A stretch of 64,000 nt of DNA, from IMG/VR virus record IMGVR_UViG_3300018424_003600, positions 11,653 to 75,652 of that record; one strand, given 5' to 3'. The notes under the pieces were generated by a model. That model was not told the origin of the DNA. It saw nothing but the letters and a program-made list of their open reading frames with translations, and ran no database searches. This document shows positions 18,950 to 28,123 of the stretch, in pieces. The stretch comes from a virus. A program made the position numbers and the translations under genes. Positions within the stretch are counted from its first letter, which is position 1; each line of letters opens with the position of its first letter.

Positions 18950-19781
18950 TATAACTCCTATAACTTTTTAAAACCGGTGTTTTTTCAATAAAACTATTTT
19001 CTGTATAATGAAAAATTCCTGATTGTATATAGTTGCCTATTTGTAATTCGCAGTTTTCTGTCGTATATACTGGTATCTTATCTTGCCAACTTGATTTAAC
19101 TTGTTCCCATCCTTGACAATATGGTTTCATATGTACAAATGTTGGAAAACTAGTTTTAGAATTTGTGATTTCAGTTTCACAGTCTAAAATTTTAGTAACA
19201 ATTGCTGCACAAACATCGATACTTACATGTTTGGGTCTAGTTTCTGGTGTAAGATTTTTTTCGTAAAATGCTTCCCAGTTTTGTATTACAAGTTCTAGCC
19301 ATGTATAAAATTCTTGTGCAAAATCTGATTTTTTAAAGTAATGAAATCCTGCAAACAAATTAGGCAAATTATTATCAATAAATGTTTTTCTATAATAACT
19401 AGTGTTTGCAGTGTTTCCTCTATAGTCTAGTACTTTGTTTGTAAAAAATAGCTCATAGTTCGATAAGAAGTCCCACCATCTATCAATGTTTTGTAAAACT
19501 AGCATATCAGTATCCATTACAATAGTTTCATCATATGGACTAGCATGATAGATTTTCCAACGATTTTCTACTTTCCATTCACTTTCTTCAGCAGCGTCTC
19601 CAAAAGGGATCGGAATAATGTTATCAAAAAACTTTTGGTAATTTAAAGGAACATCGTCATCAGTAATAACTGAAATTTTAGTTTCTTTATTGTGTGTTTG
19701 TAAACTCATTGCTAACAAACATGCTTGCATTACATAATCTGTTTCGCCGTTTTGTGCTAGAACAACTATACCTTTACTCAT
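18939..19781 (-). CDS. Putative glycosyltransferase (GT-A, GT8/mannosyltransferase-like)
   Basis: KGIVVLA...YV.QA..LA.SL; ASPYDETIVMDTD (DxD); AGFHYFKK; FVHMK. Confidence 0.7.
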   Translation of the reverse strand: MSKGIVVLAQNGETDYVMQACLLAMSLQTHNKETKISVITDDDVPLNYQKFFDNIIPIPFGDAAEESEWKVENRWKIYHASPYDETIVMDTDMLVLQNIDRWWDFLSNYELFFTNKVLDYRGNTANTSYYRKTFIDNNLPNLFAGFHYFKKSDFAQEFYTWLELVIQNWEAFYEKNLTPETRPKHVSIDVCAAIVTKILDCETEITNSKTSFPTFVHMKPYCQGWEQVKSSWQDKIPVYTTENCELQIGNYIQSGIFHYTENSFIEKTPVLKSYRSYNGV

Positions 19782-20629
19782 AGAGGTACCTCATCAATAA
19801 TTCTACCTAAACTAAATTTATTCATTACATGAATGTTTTGTCCTTTGGTTTTGATTGCAGTGTATTCTCCTAAATAATCTTTCTTTTCAACTAAAAACAT
19901 CATTTCGTCATCTTGTAGTTTCCAAAGGATATCTTTGTCGGTTGTGTAAAGCATAGAACCCGGTAACTGAGATGCAAAACTTCCTGATTCAAAACCATTC
20001 ATAATATGAATAGCAATACTAAATGCAAAGTCATTTCTAAAAAGTGAAGAATTAATTTGGTATGTTCGTTTGTAATGTGTCCATTCTTGCTCTATGTGTT
20101 GTACTAAATCAAAGAATATTTTATTAGTTGGTGTTTTTCTAAAAAACACAACAGTTGCCCAATAAAAATCTACACTAGAATCAGTAATGTATTTGAATTC
20201 ATTTTCATTTCTAACTTTTGCTATATCATTAGAATTTTTATAAAGAGCAAAATCTACATCTAGATCAAATACATTTGATAACATATTGTTAGACACAACA
20301 TAATCAGTGTCCATTATAATAGTTTCGTCATAAGGAGAAAGTTCGTAGACACTTGCACGATTACTATTCTTAAAACTTGCAGTTCTTTGAGACATAGCAC
20401 CATCATGGAACAGCCTAGAGTTTGTTCCATCTGTCCAATCTAGTTCAATTACAGTATCAAATATACTAGAATCAAAAGAACCTTTTAAATAGTCAACGCA
20501 ATCTGTTGCTACTGTAGTAGGTAAATTTAAATATTTTTTTATTCTTTTTGCTAAAAAAACAGCCTGCTTAACATAGTCAATTTGTGAATTATTTTTGGCT
20601 ATTAAAAATACACCTTTAGTCTTGCTCAT
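19778..20629 (-). CDS. Putative glycosyltransferase (GT-A, GT8/mannosyltransferase-like)
   Basis: KGVFLIA...YVKQA; LSPYDETIIMDTD; WATVVFFRK; RNDFAFSIA; HVMNK. Tandem paralogue of 18939..19781. Confidence 0.7.
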   Translation of the reverse strand: MSKTKGVFLIAKNNSQIDYVKQAVFLAKRIKKYLNLPTTVATDCVDYLKGSFDSSIFDTVIELDWTDGTNSRLFHDGAMSQRTASFKNSNRASVYELSPYDETIIMDTDYVVSNNMLSNVFDLDVDFALYKNSNDIAKVRNENEFKYITDSSVDFYWATVVFFRKTPTNKIFFDLVQHIEQEWTHYKRTYQINSSLFRNDFAFSIAIHIMNGFESGSFASQLPGSMLYTTDKDILWKLQDDEMMFLVEKKDYLGEYTAIKTKGQNIHVMNKFSLGRIIDEVPL

Positions 20630-20972
20630 ATCCTACTAATTTTTCCACTTTTCTATTTTTCTTAAGATTACTATATTCTGAATAATAATCGTTAGATGCA
20701 CTAGAATACTTTTCAACAATTTCTTCTAAAAAATCTTCTAAGTTATCAATAGAAGCAGGCAAGCCGTTGTCGTCAATTAATACCGTTGTATCTTGTCCTA
20801 GATTCAACATTGTACTACAAAAGGTTATAAGTTCTCTAGTTATGGTAAATTGACAGCCGCTAAAAAAATGTATCAAATCGTCATTGTATTTTTCTTTGAG
20901 GAGACGCTTTTGATTGTTGAGTGTAGTCATATAGTTGGAAAAGTCAAGTGCTTTTTCTAAACGTTCATCCAT
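20616..20972 (-). CDS. Small hypothetical protein (possibly fibre-associated/chaperone)
   Basis: 118 aa, AGGAG RBS, first gene after the fibre genes; function guessed from position only. Confidence 0.5.
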   Translation of the reverse strand: MDERLEKALDFSNYMTTLNNQKRLLKEKYNDDLIHFFSGCQFTITRELITFCSTMLNLGQDTTVLIDDNGLPASIDNLEDFLEEIVEKYSSASNDYYSEYSNLKKNRKVEKLVGYEQD

Positions 20973-21045
20973 AGATTTCTCCTGTGTGTATTATATATTG
21001 TGTGGAGCAGATTTTTAAAGTCAATCTGACTTTGCCATTTATATT

Positions 21046-21074
21046 ATAATAACACAGGATTTAAGAAATGTCAA
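21046..21074 (-). promoter_or_regulatory. Sigma70-type promoter pointing into the GT/radical SAM block
   Basis: Minus strand TTGACA-N17-TATTAT with TG just upstream of -10. Perfect inverted repeat AAAGTCA-atc-TGACTTT at 21017-21033 downstream. Confidence 0.6.
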
Positions 21075-21077
21075 GGA

Positions 21078-24000
21078 TTAAGAAGCCCAATAAATTAAGG
21101 TACTTGCACTTACTGAATTTCCATCGTTGTGTGTATAAGTAACTGTTAAATTTTCGTAAAAGCCTTGAGATTTTGTACCGGCTCTCCAAGTTCCAGTTAC
21201 AGTGCCGTCAGTAACTTGAGATCCATTAACGCTAGTAAGTGTAGTATTTGCGCCGCTTTCGCTCCACGTTCCTACTCCATTAGGTAATGCACTACCACCT
21301 GTGTCGTAGGCTGTGAGAGTAATACTAAAGCTACTTCCGCTAGTTACTATAATATAACCAACACCAGGCAAGCCGCCGATACTACCAATTGTTGGTCCTG
21401 TTGCTGCATCAATTGTTGCATTATCTGTATCTAATGTGTCAGTACCGTGTGCTAGTACTGCTGTAAGTGAACTGCCTGGGTAACCTGCTGTATCAAATAC
21501 TAATTGACCTGATGTACCATTACCCGATACAACCAATGTATTAAGATCACGATACATATATGCTGTTACTGTAGTAGTTGTATTTGATGTTGACCAAATT
21601 GCAACTGCTGAATCACCTTCTTGATAAGAACTAGCATCAAAGTATATCTGTCCGCTGACTGTAGGCGGTGGTGTTGCTGTAACTAGAACACTATCAGTTG
21701 CTAAAGTTCCGCTATCATCTATTAATGAAAAACTCCAAGTACCTGCAGAACTAAGTGTTTGTGATAAACTTGACGGATTTAGCGTTGGGCTGAAGCTACC
21801 TTGAGATACTCCGTCTTTGAAATATTCAATATAAACATTGTTAGCATTTGAATAACTCCATGCTACTGTAAACGTGGTAGAATTCGCAACACCAGAACTT
21901 GGCGAAACTTGAATCGATCCGCTTGGTGGAGGATATCTCACTTGTAGTGTGTTTGATGTTGTAGAGCCGCCAATTGAACTAGTTCCTGATAAAGTTATAT
22001 AATAGTCAATCTCACCGGTATGGACTTGATTAGATACGGTATAGTTTCCGCTCGAGTCAGCATTAAAAGTTACGCTAGTACCTGAAGTACTCCATGGCTG
22101 TCCACCTGGATACAATGTGCCATATACAGTAAGGATGTATGTTCCGTTTGGTTCAGCGTTTGTTAATGATACTGTATATGGCTCGTTAACTTCTACAGAG
22201 CTAGGACTTATAGTTAGACTAGGAGCATATGTAACTGTTGTAGAAGCCGAATCACTGCCTGCACTGTCAGATATAGATGCTGACCATGTACCGACAACAT
22301 TCAACGGTCCAACAACCGAACCGGTGGCGTCTGTAGATTGTGCATGGAGGATGCCGTTTGGTTTATATAATGATGCAACAGTACCAGTACCATAAGAATT
22401 CCATGTAAGTGTAAAGTTATCTGAATTAATTGCGCCGCTGCTTGGTGATAAACTAATAGTCGGCGGGTCTGCTGCAGGTGGATTAATTGTTTGTACAACT
22501 GTTATTGAACTAGGAGATCCAACTCCAAACGTAAATACATATGTAAACGTTCCCCAGTCAGTGTGTACTCCAGATCCAGAAGCTTCTCCATTTGAGTCTA
22601 AAATAACGTTATTGTTTCCAGTGAATGGGCCTCTATCGTAAGTCCAACTTATATTTACAGTATCTCCTGGAGTTCCCGAAACTGCTATAGTATATGTATC
22701 AGACTGCCCTGTTCCTGCTGCACCTGTGAATCCAATAGGATTTGGTGTGATTGAAGCTGAGTTTGGTCTATATCCGATAGTTGTTTCAACAGTATTTGCT
22801 GCTACAGTTCCGCCTGCGCCAGTAGCAGTACCGGATATTGCTACCGTACCTACAGAATTTTGCGCAGGAATTGTTTGGGTTCCTGACGTAGCTGTTCCTG
22901 GAGAGGTTATTGAATTTCCGAGTACACCAACTATTACTCTAGTTGTAGATGTTGCATTTGTTGCCGACCAACTAAAATCAAATGGGTCACCTATATATGC
23001 CGATGACGGTGCTGTAATAGTCATAGTCGGTGATGGTGCTGCTGAGCCAACATTAACAGTTTGTGAAGTTGTTACACTTCCTGCTCCGTTAGTTGCAGTA
23101 AGCGTATATGTAGTATTTGTTGTAGGAGATATTGTTGTAGCACCACTTGAAGCATTAACTGATCCAATTCCTTGGTCAATAGTAACAGTATCAGCATATT
23201 GTACAACCCAGCTTAGTGTTGTACTATCTCCTGATGTGATAGAACTTGATCCTGCTGTAAAATATACTATTGAGGGAATATCAATAACAGTAGCACTATC
23301 GTTTATATTAACTCCGTCATAACTAGCTGCTCCTGCAATGGAGCCTCTGCCTGAGACTGTAATCGATACACTATTAGATCCTGTTTTAGAACCAGATGTA
23401 TTGTTGATAGGACTACCTACTAAAGAATATCCGACTGATGCATTTGTATCGTTTGGATCAAGTGTCCAATTAAATGTTGCTGTGTCACCTGAATTATATT
23501 GTGCTTGATCCCAACTAGCGGCAGTTAATACAGAAGCCTGAGATGTTACTACTATTGTGTCTTCTACGTATGTTGCACCTTTTACTGACGTTAGTCCATT
23601 AGGATATCCATTTGGTGAAATTCTAACAGTCCATGTGCCTGTGAGTGCCGGAGTTGACGTAGCCGATCCTATTAAATCAGTACCATTTGGTACTCCGTAC
23701 GTAATGCCATTAGAACCAATTATACTAACTATTGAACTAGTATATCCTCCAGCATTCCACGAATAGGTAACACTATTGTTAACTTCTACTGTACTTGCAG
23801 CATATGATATTGACGGTGCTTGAACTCCTTCAAAAGTAGTCGAATACGATCCGTTGCCCCAAGAGTTAGACGTTGTAATATTTGCTGTGTATGTTCCTGT
23901 TCCTGTTGGTGTAATTGTTTCGTTGCCGGATGTAAGGTTACTACTAAAAATAGTAGTTCCGTTATGGTTAGTTACTGTAACTGTAGTTGTTGTGCCGCCG

Positions 24001-24570
24001 CCGGAAGTCCAAGAAAGTAACGTTGAACTTCTTGTGTCAACACCACTATCATTAAAACTAATACTAGGCGTTGGAGGATCTTGTGTTGCTGCAACGTAGT
24101 GAGTTGCACTTACAGTGCCTGCCGCGTTTGATGCTGTTAGTGTATATGTAATGTTGTTTGAAATAGTTACATTTTCAGTACCTGTTGCGCCTGTAACTGT
24201 AACTGATGGCGATCCGTCATCTGCAGAAAGTATCAAAGTTGTTGCATTACTAACATTCCACGATAATCCTATACTACTTCCAATTGTAGCAGAGCTTGCG
24301 CCGCCAAACGAATTAATAACAGGGGGTTGTACAACACTAACTGTTGCTGTTGCTGAGTCTGTTCCGTCACTGTTTGTAGCTGTTAGAGTGTATGTTGTTG
24401 ATGATGTAGGACCAACAACTGTACTTCCACTAGAAGAATTAACCGTTCCGATGCCTCTGTTGATACTTGCACTTGTTCCATTTAATATAGTCCAAGATAA
24501 TGTAGAACTGCTTCCACTTGAAATGCTGCTAGGTAATGCTGTAAAACTTGTAATAGTTGGCGGAACTGGA
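21078..24570 (-). repeat. Array of roughly a dozen diverged Ig-like (~80 aa) domains
   Basis: e.g. SSISSGSSSTLSWT...IGTVNSSSG...TTYTLTATNSDG vs SSITSGDSTTLSWV...IGSVNASSG...TTYTLTATNGAG. Confidence 0.7.
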
Positions 24571-25574
24571 ATTGTATTACCTAAAGGAGTAAGTAATGAT
24601 CCAACCGGCGGAGTTGAAATAACCACAGTGTCATAATCAGTTCCATTAATGTTAACTTGTCCATTTGGTAGTGCAACTTCTGCTATACTACTAAAGTCTC
24701 CTAGTACAGTTTCGTCAATTCCCCATGTTGTATTATTTGGTGCATCGTCTGTAAATGATGCTTTAAATTGTATTGTAGTTGCATTAACTTCTCTAGCAAA
24801 TAATTCATAATCATTTCTAGTATAAACTGAGCCGCCTGTTTGACGGTATACTTTTTGATATGCAGAGCCAAGTTGATAGTTTCCTATACTATAACCTGTT
24901 CCTGCGCCTGTACTACTAGAAGTTGCATTTGCTTTAAACGAAATAGCACCCATAGCACTTAGTCTAGTTTGCCAGTCAACTGTTTTAGCTTGAGATCCTG
25001 TATATGCAACATTTGCACTACATCTAATTTGTCCGCCGGCATTAAAAAATTCTTGTCTTGCAATTGCACTTGCAAAAGTAACTTGGAAAATATGGTTAAT
25101 TGTTCCATTCCAGTTACCACTTACTGTATTATATCTTGTACTAGTTATTACTGCATTTTGAGAATCTAGTAGTGCAGAAACACTTAGTTGTGTTGTTGCA
25201 TCAACTAAAAATTTATCAGTATCAATGTCTGTTGCAAGAGACTCTAAACCTTGCATATAAATTTCTTCAACTTTATCAGTATCTTCAAGATTTATATCGT
25301 AGTCGCCCACAACAAAGGGATTTATAGTTACACTAGAAGCACCTAATTGGTGTGCTCTAATACGGATTAAATCAATATAAAGATTTTCGTAATCTTCTGC
25401 TGAAATTTTATCAGCATCTAAAGGATCAGTTACTGATCCTGTACCAGTAACACTTTGAGTAGTAAATGATTGTCCATAACCGTATGTAGGCGTAACAGAT
25501 GTTGAACTACCAAGAATCAAATTAACTTGATCTCTAAGAGTATTATATCTATTAGCTAGAATTACAGTTGGCAT
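21078..25574 (-). CDS. Large Ser/Thr-rich fibre/adhesin: conserved ~330-aa N-terminal domain plus tandem Ig/PKD-like repeats
   Basis: N-terminus paralogous to 25639..26589; then ~80-aa repeats of the type P-I-SF...G...TLSW...TTYTLTATN..G...TV.V. Confidence 0.75.
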   Translation of the reverse strand: MPTVILANRYNTLRDQVNLILGSSTSVTPTYGYGQSFTTQSVTGTGSVTDPLDADKISAEDYENLYIDLIRIRAHQLGASSVTINPFVVGDYDINLEDTDKVEEIYMQGLESLATDIDTDKFLVDATTQLSVSALLDSQNAVITSTRYNTVSGNWNGTINHIFQVTFASAIARQEFFNAGGQIRCSANVAYTGSQAKTVDWQTRLSAMGAISFKANATSSSTGAGTGYSIGNYQLGSAYQKVYRQTGGSVYTRNDYELFAREVNATTIQFKASFTDDAPNNTTWGIDETVLGDFSSIAEVALPNGQVNINGTDYDTVVISTPPVGSLLTPLGNTIPVPPTITSFTALPSSISSGSSSTLSWTILNGTSASINRGIGTVNSSSGSTVVGPTSSTTYTLTATNSDGTDSATATVSVVQPPVINSFGGASSATIGSSIGLSWNVSNATTLILSADDGSPSVTVTGATGTENVTISNNITYTLTASNAAGTVSATHYVAATQDPPTPSISFNDSGVDTRSSTLLSWTSGGGTTTTVTVTNHNGTTIFSSNLTSGNETITPTGTGTYTANITTSNSWGNGSYSTTFEGVQAPSISYAASTVEVNNSVTYSWNAGGYTSSIVSIIGSNGITYGVPNGTDLIGSATSTPALTGTWTVRISPNGYPNGLTSVKGATYVEDTIVVTSQASVLTAASWDQAQYNSGDTATFNWTLDPNDTNASVGYSLVGSPINNTSGSKTGSNSVSITVSGRGSIAGAASYDGVNINDSATVIDIPSIVYFTAGSSSITSGDSTTLSWVVQYADTVTIDQGIGSVNASSGATTISPTTNTTYTLTATNGAGSVTTSQTVNVGSAAPSPTMTITAPSSAYIGDPFDFSWSATNATSTTRVIVGVLGNSITSPGTATSGTQTIPAQNSVGTVAISGTATGAGGTVAANTVETTIGYRPNSASITPNPIGFTGAAGTGQSDTYTIAVSGTPGDTVNISWTYDRGPFTGNNNVILDSNGEASGSGVHTDWGTFTYVFTFGVGSPSSITVVQTINPPAADPPTISLSPSSGAINSDNFTLTWNSYGTGTVASLYKPNGILHAQSTDATGSVVGPLNVVGTWSASISDSAGSDSASTTVTYAPSLTISPSSVEVNEPYTVSLTNAEPNGTYILTVYGTLYPGGQPWSTSGTSVTFNADSSGNYTVSNQVHTGEIDYYITLSGTSSIGGSTTSNTLQVRYPPPSGSIQVSPSSGVANSTTFTVAWSYSNANNVYIEYFKDGVSQGSFSPTLNPSSLSQTLSSAGTWSFSLIDDSGTLATDSVLVTATPPPTVSGQIYFDASSYQEGDSAVAIWSTSNTTTTVTAYMYRDLNTLVVSGNGTSGQLVFDTAGYPGSSLTAVLAHGTDTLDTDNATIDAATGPTIGSIGGLPGVGYIIVTSGSSFSITLTAYDTGGSALPNGVGTWSESGANTTLTSVNGSQVTDGTVTGTWRAGTKSQGFYENLTVTYTHNDGNSVSASTLIYWAS

Positions 25575-25599
25575 CTACATCTCTCTTTTTTAATTATAG

Positions 25600-25607
25600 T
25601 ATTTATT
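25600..25607 (-). promoter_or_regulatory. T4-like late promoter motif (AATAAATA)
   Basis: 25 nt upstream of the adhesin start; same core recurs before other structural genes. Confidence 0.55.
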
Positions 25608-25638
25608 TAGAAAAAAATTCTAATAAATTACTATAGGA

Positions 25639-26589
25639 TTATGCCAACTCGTGGTCGTTAAAATAAGTAGGAGCAGGAACAACTACGTCTGAGTCAGCTC
25701 TATAATGCTGAACAAAACTTTCAAGTCTTCCGTCTACATTGTTGTCAATATTATTATCAAATACAGTATCGTTAAATTCAACTCTAAAAATAATTCTATT
25801 TGCTATATCACTTCTAGCTTTAATAGTGTATAAGTTGCCTGCATATATACCACTGTATGTTCCTGCGCCAACTTTTTGGTAGATTGTTTGATAAGCACTA
25901 GTTAAACCATAATTACCAATTGCTTGTGTTACCGTATCTGCATTTGAACCAATTTTTTGATAAGTTTCGTTTGCTTTAAATTTAATAATTCCAACTTGCG
26001 AAGTTAGCTGCGTCCAATCTAACCCTTTTGGCGTTGCTGCGTTAGTTACATTTGCTGTAAATCTAATTTCTCCGCCTGTGTTAAAAAAGAATCTTCTGTG
26101 ATTTTCTGACGAAAAAGTAACTGTAAATTCATGATATAATAGACCGTTCCAATTTGAAGCTCTAGCAGTAGCAATACCATATTCTAAAGATGCTTGTGTG
26201 CTATCCATTAACCTCTTATCAGCTTCTACTTGAGTCATTAAACGTTCAAAATCAGCAATACCTTTTTTATCACCGTCTGGATCTGTACTTGATACACCAT
26301 CATCATTTACAAAAAAGCTAGTTTCTTCTGCAACTACGTTTAAATTTTGTATTACTTCAGCAATACCAGTATCGCCAGGTCCAACTTGGTGGACTCTTGC
26401 TTTAATAATATCAGTATAGATGTTGTTTAAATCTTCGGCAGTGATAACATTATTATTATCACCCGGCGCACTAGATACTTGATTACTTGACAGTGTTTGT
26501 CCATAACCGTTTTGTCCCGAGCCTGTTCCTAAAATTAGTTCTACTCGAGATTGTAAGTTATTAATTCGTGCTGCTGTAATATCTGCCAT
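25639..26589 (-). CDS. Virion structural protein (fibre/baseplate-associated)
   Basis: LILG...GYGQ and WNG..H.F.VTFSS...R..FFNTGGEIRF shared with the N-terminus of the 1498-aa protein; located in the fibre module. Confidence 0.6.
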   Translation of the reverse strand: MADITAARINNLQSRVELILGTGSGQNGYGQTLSSNQVSSAPGDNNNVITAEDLNNIYTDIIKARVHQVGPGDTGIAEVIQNLNVVAEETSFFVNDDGVSSTDPDGDKKGIADFERLMTQVEADKRLMDSTQASLEYGIATARASNWNGLLYHEFTVTFSSENHRRFFFNTGGEIRFTANVTNAATPKGLDWTQLTSQVGIIKFKANETYQKIGSNADTVTQAIGNYGLTSAYQTIYQKVGAGTYSGIYAGNLYTIKARSDIANRIIFRVEFNDTVFDNNIDNNVDGRLESFVQHYRADSDVVVPAPTYFNDHELA

Positions 26590-26598
26590 GACGATTCC

Positions 26599-28086
26599 TT
26601 ATACCTTTAGCACACATTCTACTAACTTTTCACCCTCGTCATGATTGCTTTCTAGTGCAATTCCAACCATTGATCCGCCATTAATTGCAGTACTTGCACA
26701 ACCATTTTCGTCTACATATACTGCATCACCTTTGCTTACTGGACCAATTACTCTAACCGGTAAGCGTCCTTTTAAGCCAATGTATTGTCCTTCTGCATCA
26801 CTGTTCATCATTACAGCAGGCTGAGTTGACACTACACCAATTGCTATACAACCTCTGCCAGCTGCTTCAACTTCATGATCATCATGTCTGCACACACATA
26901 CTACTGTACCTGGTGCTAATTCTTCGCCTGTGCTGTATTTTTCTGCTAAGTCAGCATAACGTGCTGTTGTTGCTGTACCGTCAAATAAATTTGCTGCAAT
27001 AGTTCCTGTCGCATCTCTAACTGCAACTGTATCTGGATTTGCACTTGTACTTGCACTACGGAAATTTGTTCCTACTCTAAGTGTATTTGCCTTAGTAGCT
27101 TCACCAACAAATGATGTAGCGTATACATTTGCCCATGTTGCAGAACCTGAACCTAAATTAAATGTTGCATCTGCTCCAGGAATAAGCGATGTAGAGTTTA
27201 TTGTTGCAACGTGGGTTAATGTGCCGCCGCTGTCTGTAGTTTTAAACTTAATTACACCATTATTTGTAACGTTTTGAATTACGCCATCAAATCCATTAGT
27301 ATCAATTTTTATGTGTAAATCATTACTATCTCCAACAAAGGCACCAGAGTCAGGTATTTCAATTGATTCTGTAAAGACAGTATTTTGTCCTTGTGAAATT
27401 TGTACAAAATCACTAGCAGGAATACCTCCTAATTTTGCTGCGTTAGACGCTGTACCCCAGAAATAGTGATCAGTACTTGTTACACCATTAGTTGCTGCCT
27501 TTGTATTTTTAAGGGTAATACCTTTTTTGATTCTATCAAATCCTTGAGCTCTTAAGTTAACTTCGCTTACATTTAAGTCAAATTCATTTGGGCTAGTTAT
27601 AAATAGATATTCATCTTCAATAATGGCTACAATAATGCCTCTTGGAGTACTAGTAGTATCTAAAACTTCCATACTTTGCATTTGGGTTACGCCTTCGCCT
27701 GCATTCTGCGGGCCAATTAGTATGAAGCTAGTTCCGTTGTATACATAAAGCTGATCGTTTGCACTATCCCACCAAAAATCTCCTACTGCAAGTCCGCTTG
27801 GCTCGCCTGTTGAAATTTCTGCGCCGCCTGTTGTTCGCCATTGTGCGCCGTCATAAAATTTTAATTTGCTATTTCCAGTATCAAACCAAATCTGTCCGCT
27901 GATTGGTCTTGCTGGCTGATTTGCTCCAGCAAAATTTTCTAGCAAAAACAGGAAGTTTTCATTCTGGATCTCACCGTAACCTGCATAGTTTTTACCTATA
28001 AATTTTAGGTCAGTGGTTTGATCAACAGTTCCGTCTTCGACTGTTGTTAATAATGTATTGTTATATCTGTCTATTTGATAAGCCAT
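26599..28086 (-). CDS. Tail fibre protein with C-terminal intramolecular-chaperone (peptidase G2/S74-like) domain
   Basis: Shared fibre N-terminus (IGKNYAGYG...ENF..LLENFA...GQIWFDT); C-terminal YADLAEKY...GVVSTQP..MN...IGLKGRLPVRV.GPV.KGD. Confidence 0.7.
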   Translation of the reverse strand: MAYQIDRYNNTLLTTVEDGTVDQTTDLKFIGKNYAGYGEIQNENFLFLLENFAGANQPARPISGQIWFDTGNSKLKFYDGAQWRTTGGAEISTGEPSGLAVGDFWWDSANDQLYVYNGTSFILIGPQNAGEGVTQMQSMEVLDTTSTPRGIIVAIIEDEYLFITSPNEFDLNVSEVNLRAQGFDRIKKGITLKNTKAATNGVTSTDHYFWGTASNAAKLGGIPASDFVQISQGQNTVFTESIEIPDSGAFVGDSNDLHIKIDTNGFDGVIQNVTNNGVIKFKTTDSGGTLTHVATINSTSLIPGADATFNLGSGSATWANVYATSFVGEATKANTLRVGTNFRSASTSANPDTVAVRDATGTIAANLFDGTATTARYADLAEKYSTGEELAPGTVVCVCRHDDHEVEAAGRGCIAIGVVSTQPAVMMNSDAEGQYIGLKGRLPVRVIGPVSKGDAVYVDENGCASTAINGGSMVGIALESNHDEGEKLVECVLKV

Positions 28087-28111
28087 TCGTGTAACCCCTA
28101 AGCATTTATAT

Positions 28112-28119
28112 TATTTATC
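28112..28119 (-). promoter_or_regulatory. T4-like late promoter motif (GATAAATA)
   Basis: Intergenic, 25 nt upstream of the 28086 start. Confidence 0.55.
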
Positions 28120-28123
28120 GTTT

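Noticed and set aside
1-20972. DNA hypermodification as the primary explanation
   Set aside because: No dpdA, dCMP/dUMP hydroxymethylase, TET/JBP or nucleotide kinase recognised, and the linkage is to fibre genes. Demoted to an alternative, not disproved.
20990-21024. Second sigma70 promoter (minus-strand TTGACT ... TATAAT)
   Set aside because: Spacer is well over 17 bp; the TTGACT belongs to the inverted repeat.
22117-25169. Long + strand ORFs (e.g. 22726..23322, 24115..24636) opposite the adhesin
   Set aside because: Val/Pro/Ala-rich antisense shadows of Thr/Gly/Ser codons with no motifs. The same applies to the other short antisense ORFs in the track.
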